This document shows positions 10,168 through 18,732 of a stretch of 64,000 nt of DNA, one piece after another. The position numbers were made by a program, and so were the translations under genes. The number at the start of each line of letters is the position of its first letter. Position 1 is the stretch's first letter. The notes under the pieces were generated by a model, which saw only the letters and a list, made by a program, of their open reading frames with translations, ran no database searches and was not told where the DNA came from. The stretch is from Akkermansia sp. (GTDB taxonomy: Bacteria; Verrucomicrobiota; Verrucomicrobiia; Verrucomicrobiales; Akkermansiaceae), in NCBI GenBank assembly GCA_045650805.1, contig JAZRRO010000059.1:1472-65471 (forward strand), read 5' to 3'.

Positions 10168-10200
10168 CAGGAGAGCGAACTCGCTCTCCTGTTCTGTTTT
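10168..10200 (+). terminator. Rho-independent terminator after efp
   Basis: Stem CAGGAGAGCGA/TCGCTCTCCTG with a 2-nt loop, then TTCTGTTTT. Confidence 0.8.
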
Positions 10201-10252
10201 ATGTTCGTGTCATTTTTTTCTACCTGTCAGGTGAGACTGTCGGAATCCCGGC

Positions 10253-10280
10253 TTGCAATTTTCGGCAGCTACGCTAAAAT
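10253..10280 (+). promoter_or_regulatory. Sigma70-type promoter candidate (TTGCAA-N16-TAAAAT)
   Basis: The -10 ends 10 nt before ATG 10291, which supports the shorter start. Confidence 0.55.
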
Positions 10281-10290
10281 AGCCACGGCT

Positions 10291-11184
10291 ATGAGTTGGA
10301 TGCTCCGAAGCACCGTTGCTGCAATGCTGTTGGGATTGAGTTTCCCCGCAGTGGCGGAGCCTGCGTCTGACGATAACGAAAAGCTTGGTCATGAAATGCT
10401 TAAAGTGACCAACGATATGTGGTTTTTGCTATCCGGTGTGGGTGATAAGCAAGCTGCGGATGCGGCGGCGCAGCGTTTCCATGAGCTGGTGAAAGAGAGT
10501 GAGCGCATTGGCGATAAGCTGTATGCCCAGCAAGCCTTGGATATTGAAGCGCTGGACATGATGCATTACCGCATTGCGGAGGTGTATGAATCCCTTAGCT
10601 ATGAGTTTGAAAGCTTGTGCCGCGCGCGCTGCTATGGCTCGCAGCGCTTGATTGGCGCTTTTCGTGCGGCCGTTACAGCAGGCATCTTTGACGATGAATG
10701 CATGCCGGGGCTGGAACAACCCAAGCCGCCCTTTACTGAAACAGAGGCCCGCCACGAGTTGGTGCGCATCCGCCGTTTGGTAGAGCCGGATAAGGCTGTG
10801 CTGACCGCCCTGCAAGAGGTGAAAGATGCCAATAGCGCCACCAAGGCTGCTGAGACCCTTTCGCTGCTGACCAGTCGCCTGCAGAAATTGCTTCCGGACA
10901 GCACCTTGGCCAATAGAACATTTGCAGATAAATCTGCCCCACATGTGCGAGCCGCTTTTGCCCCTATTGAGCCGTTGCTCTGGGGAATTCGCAGCGAAAT
11001 TGTGCGTATTGCCGCTTTGCCGGGGTACGATGATGAACCTTTTGATCATTTTTCGGATGCGCTGGATACCGTATTCCAGAGCTTGGGAGACACCCACAAC
11101 ACTTGGTTTGATGAAGTGTTTGATGAGTCATTCCGCTCAGATTTGGATGAAGCGCTCCATGAAAACGCAACCACTTCAAATTAA
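10291..11184 (+). CDS. Secreted hypothetical protein (signal peptide, predicted helical)
   Basis: Start at MSWMLRSTVAAMLLGLSFPAVAEP (signal peptide). No enzyme motif recognised. Confidence 0.6.
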   Translation: MSWMLRSTVAAMLLGLSFPAVAEPASDDNEKLGHEMLKVTNDMWFLLSGVGDKQAADAAAQRFHELVKESERIGDKLYAQQALDIEALDMMHYRIAEVYESLSYEFESLCRARCYGSQRLIGAFRAAVTAGIFDDECMPGLEQPKPPFTETEARHELVRIRRLVEPDKAVLTALQEVKDANSATKAAETLSLLTSRLQKLLPDSTLANRTFADKSAPHVRAAFAPIEPLLWGIRSEIVRIAALPGYDDEPFDHFSDALDTVFQSLGDTHNTWFDEVFDESFRSDLDEALHENATTSN

Positions 11185-11193
11185 CCTCTCACC

Positions 11194-12663
11194 ATGCCTG
11201 TATCAGACTACCTCGTAACCATCGGTCTGGAAGTACATTGCCAGATTAAGACCGCCACCAAGATGTTTTGCTCCTGCAAGGCAGGATTTGGCTATGAGCC
11301 CAACACCAACGTGTGCCCCACCTGCCTGGGTATGCCGGGTGCCATGCCTGTGTTGAATGAGTATGCCATCGAGCGTACGATTCTGACCGGCATGATGTTG
11401 GGCTGCAGCACGCCGCCTGTTTCCAAGTGGGACCGTAAGAATTATTTCTATGCAGACATGCCCAAAAACTACCAGACCAGCCAGCTTGATTTGCCGCTGT
11501 GCATTGGTGGTGAGGTGCCTTTGTATTCCTGGGCTTTCCCGGCAGACAGCAAGGTGAAAGCTGATGGTGCCGTGGTGCGCACGGTGAAGCTGGACCACAT
11601 CCACCTGGAGGAGGACGCCGCCAAGCTCACGCACTACGGTACGTATTCTCTGGTAGACTACAATCGTGGCGGTACACCGCTCATGGAAATTGTGTCGGCT
11701 CCGGATTTGACCAGCCCGGATGAAACATACGCCTATCTGAAGAGCTTGCAGCAAATCCTGGTGTGCGGTGGTATTTCCGATGCCGACATGGAAAAGGGCC
11801 AGATGCGCTGCGACGTGAATGTTTCCCTGCGTCCGAAGGGCCAGAAGGAGCTTGGGGCCAAGATAGAGATGAAGAACATCAACTCGATGTCTGCTGCTCG
11901 CCGTGCGCTTATCTATGAAATTGCTCGCCAGGCAGAGGAACTGGATATGGGTATTGCCCAGGTGCAGTCCACCCGCCGCTGGGATGATGATTTGGGGGAA
12001 AGCATCGTGATGCGCACCAAGGAAAATGCCCACGATTATCGCTATCACACCTGCCCGGATTTGGTGCCTGTGCACACAGCGGCCATGGTGGAAAAAGTGA
12101 AGCAGGAGATGCCCGAGCTACCGGATGCCCGACAGAAGCGCCTGATGGAGCAGTATGGCTTGCCCGTGGCCGATGCCAACACCTTGGTGGCTGATGCCGG
12201 TCTGTGCTCCTATTTTGAAACTGCTGCCGGTTGCTCCAAGTCTCCCCGCAAGGTGGCCAACTGGCTCATCAACATCTTGCCGCCTATCCTCACCGCTCAG
12301 GAAATGGATATCTCCGATTGCCCCGTGACTCCCGCCACGCTGGCCGGGCTTGTTGATGTGGTGGAGGAAGGCATTTGCTCTACCAACCAGGCTCGCGAAA
12401 TCCTGGAGGAAGATTTGTGGAGCGGCGATGAGCAGGATGCCGCTGCCGCTGCGGCCAAGCGCGGATACAAGAAAGCTGATTCCGGCGCATTGGAGGCTTT
12501 GGTGGAGCAGGTTATTGCCGAAAATCCCGACAAGGTTGCCTTGGTGAAGGGGGGCAATATGAAGCTTATCAACGCATTGACCGGGCAGGTGATGAAGAAT
12601 AGTAATCCCAAGCCTAATCCCAAGTTGGTCACAGAGATTCTGATGGCTAAGTTGGGCTTGTAA
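11194..12663 (+). CDS. gatB: Asp-tRNA(Asn)/Glu-tRNA(Gln) amidotransferase subunit B
   Basis: 489 aa; N-terminus IGLEVHCQIKT..KMFCSC and C-terminal GatB/YqeY-like tail. Confidence 0.95.
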   Translation: MPVSDYLVTIGLEVHCQIKTATKMFCSCKAGFGYEPNTNVCPTCLGMPGAMPVLNEYAIERTILTGMMLGCSTPPVSKWDRKNYFYADMPKNYQTSQLDLPLCIGGEVPLYSWAFPADSKVKADGAVVRTVKLDHIHLEEDAAKLTHYGTYSLVDYNRGGTPLMEIVSAPDLTSPDETYAYLKSLQQILVCGGISDADMEKGQMRCDVNVSLRPKGQKELGAKIEMKNINSMSAARRALIYEIARQAEELDMGIAQVQSTRRWDDDLGESIVMRTKENAHDYRYHTCPDLVPVHTAAMVEKVKQEMPELPDARQKRLMEQYGLPVADANTLVADAGLCSYFETAAGCSKSPRKVANWLINILPPILTAQEMDISDCPVTPATLAGLVDVVEEGICSTNQAREILEEDLWSGDEQDAAAAAAKRGYKKADSGALEALVEQVIAENPDKVALVKGGNMKLINALTGQVMKNSNPKPNPKLVTEILMAKLGL

Positions 12664-12684
12664 GGCTCAGCCACATCGGGCGAT

Positions 12685-13917
12685 ATGTACCTGCTGTTCG
12701 ACTGCAATAATTTTTTTGCCAGTTGTGAGCAGGTCTTTCGCCCGGATTGGCGCCAGCGCCCGCTTGTGGTCCTTTCCAACAACGATGGCTGCGTGATTTC
12801 TCGTAGCCCGGAAGCCAAAAAGATGGGTATCGCCATGGGCGAGCCCTATTTCAAGTGCCGCGAGCGACTGGAACAAGTCGGGGGTGTTGTTTGTTCCTCC
12901 AACTTTGCACTTTACGGAGATTTGTCCGACCGCATCATGCAGATACTGGAGGAATCCTTGCCCGAGGTTCACCAGTATAGCATTGATGAAGCCTTTGCTT
13001 CTGTGGGAAGCAGCGAACATTGCGACTGGGTGGCAGAGTGCCGCAAAATCCGCAATAAAATCCGCCGTTGGACTGGTATTACGGTCAGTGTGGGGATAGC
13101 CCCGACTAAAACGCTGGCAAAGCTAGCGAATGAGCGTGCCAAAAAGCACTCTGCCCACGGCGGTGTGCTGCAACTGACCGCCGATTGTGGCGATGTGTTG
13201 CAAAAAACACCGATTGAGGATATATGGGGGGTGGGCAGAAAATTGGCTCCCCAGCTTCATGGCATGGGCATACGTACTGCTGCGGGGCTTGCTTCAGCCC
13301 CCTTGGGCCGCCTGCGTCAGAAATTCGGTGTGCATGGTGAGCGCCTGGTGCTGGAGCTGCGTGGTATCTCTTGTCTGGAGGATGAGCCGGTAAGCTCCCG
13401 TTCCCAAATCATGGTATCGCGTTCATTGAAAGAGGGAATTGAGGATGCTCATTTATTGCGGGAAGCTCTTTGTGGGTTTGTGGAAAAAGCTGCGCGCAAC
13501 CTGCGCAAAGAGGGACTCATGGCCTCTCAGGTGCATGTTGTCTTGCGTACCTCTCGCTATGCTGAAAGTTCCGTCCTTTATGCAGCGCAGCAGGGGTGTC
13601 TTTTGCCGCATCCTACGGACGATACCAGAGTGTTTAACAGGGCAGCTACAGCGCTGTTGGAGGAGCTGTATCGCCCCGGTTATCCCTATCGCAAAATCGG
13701 TGTCTTGTTGGCGGATTTGCAGGAAGCTGACAGCGTGCAACCAACTTTCGACCACCCGAATGTGGCACCCAATCCGCTGATGCAGGTGCTGGACAAATTG
13801 CAGCAAGCCGGGCACCGCATACAGTTTGCCAATAAATCGGCAGAGCCGCTCTGGCGTTGCTCCAAATCCTCCCCATGTTATACGACCCGCTGGGAAGATA
13901 TTCCCGAGGCTCGTTAA
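12685..13917 (+). CDS. umuC: Y-family translesion DNA polymerase, UmuC-like
   Basis: N-terminus MYLLFDCNNFFASCEQVFRPD..VVLSNNDGCVISRS..YSIDEAF closely parallels E. coli UmuC (recalled). Starts 21 nt after the gatB stop. Confidence 0.85.
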   Translation: MYLLFDCNNFFASCEQVFRPDWRQRPLVVLSNNDGCVISRSPEAKKMGIAMGEPYFKCRERLEQVGGVVCSSNFALYGDLSDRIMQILEESLPEVHQYSIDEAFASVGSSEHCDWVAECRKIRNKIRRWTGITVSVGIAPTKTLAKLANERAKKHSAHGGVLQLTADCGDVLQKTPIEDIWGVGRKLAPQLHGMGIRTAAGLASAPLGRLRQKFGVHGERLVLELRGISCLEDEPVSSRSQIMVSRSLKEGIEDAHLLREALCGFVEKAARNLRKEGLMASQVHVVLRTSRYAESSVLYAAQQGCLLPHPTDDTRVFNRAATALLEELYRPGYPYRKIGVLLADLQEADSVQPTFDHPNVAPNPLMQVLDKLQQAGHRIQFANKSAEPLWRCSKSSPCYTTRWEDIPEAR

Positions 13918-13976
13918 TTTCTTCCACTCTGCGTGTCATCATGCCATTGAAAGCCCGTTCATAAGGGACATTTGGC

Positions 13977-14005
13977 TTGCTAAAGCATGGGGTGGGTGGT
14001 AGAAT
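13977..14005 (+). promoter_or_regulatory. Sigma70-type promoter candidate for secA (TTGCTA-N17-TAGAAT)
   Basis: Hexamers at 13977-13982 and 14000-14005, with TG at -15/-14. Overlaps the ORF-track start at 13987. Confidence 0.55.
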
Positions 14006-14064
14006 GGCGAACCGCGTTTCAGACGCGTGTGTGCCGAACTGTCAATTTTTATAGCTACTGCATC

Positions 14065-17000
14065 ATGATTAAGTGGATACTCAATAAAATCGTCGGGTCC
14101 AAGAACCAGCGCGAGGTGAAGAAACTCAAGCCCGTCGTTAAGAGAATTATTGATATTGAGAAGGAATGGAGCGACAAAGATCAGGAGTTCCTGAAAGGTA
14201 AAACACGCGAATGGCAAGCCTATCTGCATCGTTTCACTCCCTTGGATTTGCCTTCTCGTGGCGTGATTCTGACGGCTGATGAGGAACAACTTGCTCAGTA
14301 TGCTGCTGTTCTCAATACCCGTTTTGAACAGCTGAAAGATCTCTTCCCCCGTCTGCCCAAGGTGGAGGCCAATGCCGAATCTATCGAAGAAGCCAAGAAG
14401 GCCTTTGCTGAGATTGAGCCCAAGTTTGACCGCCTGCGCGCCAAGTATCTGGAAACGATTCTTCCGGAGGCGTTTGCTGTGGTGAAATGCGCTGCTCGCC
14501 TGATGTGCGGCAACGATATTGATGTATGTGGCACTCCCGTAAGATGGGATATGGTGCATTTCGATGTGCAGCTGCTGGGCGGTATTGCCTTGCATCGCGG
14601 TTTCATTGCAGAAATGGCTACGGGTGAGGGCAAGACCCTGGTGGCAACACTGCCTGTGTACCTGAATGCGCTGACCGGCCTTGGTGTGCATGTTGTGACC
14701 GTGAATGATTACCTGGCACGCCGTGACTCCATGTGGATGGGCGCCCTCTTCGGCTTCCTGGGCCTGACGGTAGGTTGCATTCAGAGCATGATGCCCAATG
14801 ATGCTCGCCGCGAACAATACGCCCGCGATATCACATACGGCACCAATGCCGAGTTCGGTTTCGACTACCTGCGTGACAATGGTATGGCCGGTACGCGCGA
14901 AGCTCAGGTGCAGCGCGGACACTATTTTGCTATTATTGACGAAGTGGACTCCATCCTCATCGATGAAGCCCGCACGCCGCTCATCATCTCCGGCCCTGCC
15001 GTGGTGGAACGCGAGCAGAAGTATGATGAGCTCAAGCCCCTCATTGAAAAGGTGGTCAAGAAGCAGGCAGCCCTGTGCGATGACCTCATGAAAAAGGTGA
15101 AGGAGTATGCCGCCGCCGGGGATTTGACCTCTGCCGGTCGCTGCCTGTACAAGGTGAAGCTTGGCATGCCCCGCAATGCTGCCTACATGCTTTCTCAGCA
15201 GGATCCTGAGTTCCGCCGCATGGTAGAGAAATATGAGCTGTTCCTTTACCAGGACCCCCGCAAGATTGAGCTCTTCAAGCTCAAGGAGGAACTTTACTTC
15301 TGCCTGGATGAAAAGACCCACGATGCAGACCTCATGGAGAAGGGCCGCGAGCTGATCAGCCCCGGTCATCCGGAGGATTTCGTGCTGCCTGATATCGGCA
15401 CGGAATTTGTCAACATTGATGAGGATGAAACCCTGACAGAGCGCGAACGTGAGGCTCGCAAGACAATGCTCATGCGCAAGCTGGATGAAACAGGCGCTCG
15501 CTTGCACACCACCAGCCAGCTGCTCAAGGCTTACACCATTTATGAGCGCGATAAGGAATACGTGGTGAAGGAAAACAAGGTTGTCATCATCGACCAGAAT
15601 ACCGGCCGTGAAATGCCCGGTCGCCGCTGGAGCGATGGCTTGCACCAGGCCGTGGAAGCCAAGGAAGGTGTGGAGATCGAGGCCGAAAACAAGACCTACG
15701 CCACCATCACTATCCAGAACTATTTCCGCTTGTATGCTCGCCTGGCCGGTATGACCGGTACGGCAGAAACGGAAGCTGCTGAGTTCCACGATATTTATCG
15801 TCTGGATGTGCTGCCTATCCCCACTAACAAGCCCTGCATCCGCGAGGATTCCAATGACCTCATCTTCAAGAGCGCTCGCGAGAAATACAATGCAGTGACG
15901 CTTAAGATTCAGGAGCTTCACAAGAAGGGACAGCCCGTGCTTGTGGGTACGGCCAGCGTGAGCGCCTCCGAGTTCTTGTCCCGCATGCTTCAGCGTGCAG
16001 GCATTCCGCACGAAGTGCTCAACGCCAAGAACCACCAGCGTGAAGCTGAAATCATTGCCCGTGCTGGTCAGCGTGGTGCCGTGACCGTTTCCACCAACAT
16101 GGCCGGCCGTGGTACTGACATTAAGCTGGGGCAGGGTGTTGCAGAATTGGGTGGTTTGTTCGTGCTGGGTACCGAGCGTTATGAATCCCGCCGTATCGAC
16201 CGCCAGCTGCGTGGCCGTTGCTCTCGCCAGGGTGACCCGGGTGCTTCCCAGTTCTTCCTGTCCTTTGAAGATGACCTGATGCGCAATTTCGGTGGTAGTG
16301 AGCGCATGACCAAGATGATGGACCGCTTTGGCATGGCCGAAGGTGAAGCAGTGGAAAACAGCCTCATGAACAAGATTATCGAGGGTGCTCAGAAGCGAGT
16401 GGAGCAGCGCAACTACATGTGGCGTAAGCATGTGCTGGATTACGATGACGTGATGAACCAGCAGCGCGCCATCGTGTACGGCATGCGCAATGAAGCTCTG
16501 CTGTGCGAGGAACCCCGCATGATGATTTATGATGTGTTGGAGGAAGGAGCCCGCTTCAAGTGCGACCTCTATCTCAACAAGGACAACACCGGGTCTATTC
16601 AGCGTTCTGACCTCCTGCAGTGGGTGAATTCCACATTCCCCATGGGCTGGGGTGAGGAAGATGTTGATTTCGACAACATGACTCCCGATGATGTGGCTGA
16701 TAAGATTATTGCCCGCGTCCGCGAGATGTACGAGAAGAAGGTGGAAGGCGAGCGCGCCGACCGCGTGGAGCAGATGGAACGCTCCATCATGCTGCAGGCT
16801 ATCGACAAGCTGTGGCAGCAGCATATCACGGATATGGATGCTCTGCGTGAAGGTGTGCGCCTGCGTGCCCAGGGCCAGCGCGATCCGCTCGTGGAATACA
16901 AGCGCGAAGCCTATGAGCTTTTCGAATCTCTCATGCACAACATCCAGCTGGAAATCCTCAACGGTCTTTTCCGCAGCACAACCAGCCTGGATGCATTCGA

Positions 17001-17436
17001 AGAATTCCTGGCCTCTCTTCCCGGCAGCAATGCTGATGATGAAGACAGCGATGTGACCGATATCCTGGGCAATGGCGACTTGCTCTCCGCTCTGCGTGAG
17101 CAGATGGAGTTCCTGCAGCGCCGCCAGCAGGAGATGGCCGCCCGCCAGCAGCAAGCTCCCGCAGAGGAAACCTTGCCCGCCCCCGCTCTGGATTTGGACG
17201 AGGAGATGCCCATGAATGAATCGTTGAGCGGTGCCGGTGTGCCCGATATGCCCATCGTCCCGGAGAAGAAGTTGGTTCTGCCTCGTAAAAAGGTGACATT
17301 CAATCCCAAGCGTAAGGAAACACTTGCACCTGTGGTGATGCCCGAGGAAGCATTGGCTCCCGAAGGCGAAGGCCTGACCATGGGCAGCATTGATTCCGGT
17401 AATCTCTTTGAAGAACCCACTGTGGAAGAGAAATAA
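14065..17436 (+). CDS. secA: Preprotein translocase ATPase SecA (long form, 1123 aa)
   Basis: Start at MIKWILNKIVGSKNQREVKK; motifs MATGEGKT, DEVDSILIDEARTPLIISG, TNMAGRGTDI. The C-terminus lacks a Cys-rich zinc motif. Confidence 0.95.
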   Translation: MIKWILNKIVGSKNQREVKKLKPVVKRIIDIEKEWSDKDQEFLKGKTREWQAYLHRFTPLDLPSRGVILTADEEQLAQYAAVLNTRFEQLKDLFPRLPKVEANAESIEEAKKAFAEIEPKFDRLRAKYLETILPEAFAVVKCAARLMCGNDIDVCGTPVRWDMVHFDVQLLGGIALHRGFIAEMATGEGKTLVATLPVYLNALTGLGVHVVTVNDYLARRDSMWMGALFGFLGLTVGCIQSMMPNDARREQYARDITYGTNAEFGFDYLRDNGMAGTREAQVQRGHYFAIIDEVDSILIDEARTPLIISGPAVVEREQKYDELKPLIEKVVKKQAALCDDLMKKVKEYAAAGDLTSAGRCLYKVKLGMPRNAAYMLSQQDPEFRRMVEKYELFLYQDPRKIELFKLKEELYFCLDEKTHDADLMEKGRELISPGHPEDFVLPDIGTEFVNIDEDETLTEREREARKTMLMRKLDETGARLHTTSQLLKAYTIYERDKEYVVKENKVVIIDQNTGREMPGRRWSDGLHQAVEAKEGVEIEAENKTYATITIQNYFRLYARLAGMTGTAETEAAEFHDIYRLDVLPIPTNKPCIREDSNDLIFKSAREKYNAVTLKIQELHKKGQPVLVGTASVSASEFLSRMLQRAGIPHEVLNAKNHQREAEIIARAGQRGAVTVSTNMAGRGTDIKLGQGVAELGGLFVLGTERYESRRIDRQLRGRCSRQGDPGASQFFLSFEDDLMRNFGGSERMTKMMDRFGMAEGEAVENSLMNKIIEGAQKRVEQRNYMWRKHVLDYDDVMNQQRAIVYGMRNEALLCEEPRMMIYDVLEEGARFKCDLYLNKDNTGSIQRSDLLQWVNSTFPMGWGEEDVDFDNMTPDDVADKIIARVREMYEKKVEGERADRVEQMERSIMLQAIDKLWQQHITDMDALREGVRLRAQGQRDPLVEYKREAYELFESLMHNIQLEILNGLFRSTTSLDAFEEFLASLPGSNADDEDSDVTDILGNGDLLSALREQMEFLQRRQQEMAARQQQAPAEETLPAPALDLDEEMPMNESLSGAGVPDMPIVPEKKLVLPRKKVTFNPKRKETLAPVVMPEEALAPEGEGLTMGSIDSGNLFEEPTVEEK

Positions 17437-17459
17437 TTCGCTTTTCCAGCCGTCAATCC

Positions 17460-18524
17460 ATGAATGTTCGTTCGGCACTGGAGTATGTACCCTATTTCCG
17501 GGGACGCCTGTTCGTTGTACACATCGCACAGGAACTCTTAGCTGCCGACGAACTGGTGGACGCTCTGCTGGATGTCGATGCTCTTCACGAGGTTGGCGTG
17601 CGGTTGGTTTTGGTAGCAGAAGGGCATGATACGGCGGCCTTGGCTCGCCGTGCCGGTACGTGTGAATTGCATGCTGCGGTGGCGGAGCTGCCACTGAGTG
17701 AAGGTGCCGCGTCTCAGGAACGCGTACGAGAGATTGTGGAGCGCCGCCAAGTTGCCTTGGTGGCTTCCGGTTCAATCGGTCGATTTGATGAGGGAAGTGT
17801 CTCTCTCGCCGTGGCCATGGGCGCTTCCAAGTATATTTGCCTGTGGGCCGGTGGCGTACCTTACCGCAGTGGCCAGCCCATTTTTGCCATACGCGAAAGC
17901 GATGTGGAGTTCTGCACGGATTGTTCATACCCGGAAGCTTTGCAAGCAGCTGCATCTGTTTGTCGCCGTGGGATAGCCCGTGTACACATGCTTAACGGTA
18001 CGCGCCGCGGCGTGCTGCTGGATGAGCTTTTCTCCGAGGAAGGCGTGGGAACCATGGTTCACACGGACTCCTATCGCGATGTGCGTCCCTTGCAGGAAGA
18101 GGATATCCCAGAGCTGCTTTCCATGATTGGCCGCTGCGTGGTGGATGAAAAGTTAGTGCCGCGCACATACGAGTCCATCCGTGATGATTTGCAGAGCTAC
18201 TACGTGTACACGCTGGATGATACCATTGTGGGGTGTGTAGCCATTTATCCCTACCCGGAGAACTCCTGTGCCGAGTTGGGCTGTCTCTTCATCAAGAAAA
18301 ACTACGAGGGCCACGGCTATGGCCGCGCCATGTGCCGTTTTGTAGAGCAAAAAGCACGCGATATGGGCTTCGAGTGGATTTTTGCTATCTCACAGAGTGC
18401 CGTCACTTATTTCCGGGATCGTTTGCACTACGCGCCCTTGTCTCGCGATGTGCTGCCGGAAGCCCGCAGGACGGCGCTGGAACAAAGTGGCCGCAGCTCC
18501 GAGGTGTTCGGTTGCCGCCTTTGA
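17460..18524 (+). CDS. Amino-acid N-acetyltransferase, ArgA-like (amino-acid-kinase-like domain + GNAT domain)
   Basis: 354 aa; N-terminal half resembles the AAK fold (FVVHI..LVLV..) and the C-terminal half has a GNAT motif (IKKNYEGHGYGRAM). Confidence 0.65.
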   Translation: MNVRSALEYVPYFRGRLFVVHIAQELLAADELVDALLDVDALHEVGVRLVLVAEGHDTAALARRAGTCELHAAVAELPLSEGAASQERVREIVERRQVALVASGSIGRFDEGSVSLAVAMGASKYICLWAGGVPYRSGQPIFAIRESDVEFCTDCSYPEALQAAASVCRRGIARVHMLNGTRRGVLLDELFSEEGVGTMVHTDSYRDVRPLQEEDIPELLSMIGRCVVDEKLVPRTYESIRDDLQSYYVYTLDDTIVGCVAIYPYPENSCAELGCLFIKKNYEGHGYGRAMCRFVEQKARDMGFEWIFAISQSAVTYFRDRLHYAPLSRDVLPEARRTALEQSGRSSEVFGCRL

Positions 18525-18549
18525 TGCCAAAAAAAGTCGAAATCTGCAC

Positions 18550-18577
18550 TTGACACTTTGGGATGTCATGGTAGACT
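18550..18577 (+). promoter_or_regulatory. Sigma70-type promoter candidate for rtcB (TTGACA-N16-TAGACT)
   Basis: Hexamers at 18550-18555 and 18572-18577; leaves a leader of about 150 nt. Confidence 0.55.
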
Positions 18578-18732
18578 CCCGCTGCACACTTGTTGGTTTG
18601 GTGTGCGAATTTGTGACCTATTTACCCGAGCAGGAAACGTTGCAGCCTGCCGGTACTCAAGGAAAACAGAGGTGCATTCTGTCGTGAGACAGAAAACAGA
18701 TAACCTGATCTATATTAAACATAACTGACGAT

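Noticed and set aside
17200-17436. The SecA C-terminus lacks the Cys-rich zinc-binding tail and ends in an acidic Pro-rich extension.
   Set aside because: Loss of the zinc-finger tail is common in bacteria without SecB and is not distinctive enough to report as a finding.
13939-17955. A 1338-aa ORF on the minus strand, the longest in the track.
   Set aside because: It lies exactly antisense to secA and the start of the ArgA-like gene. Its translation is low-complexity (rich in H, G, L, A and R) with no recognisable motif, while the plus strand encodes an unmistakable SecA. Long stop-free antisense frames are expected in GC-rich, codon-biased genes.
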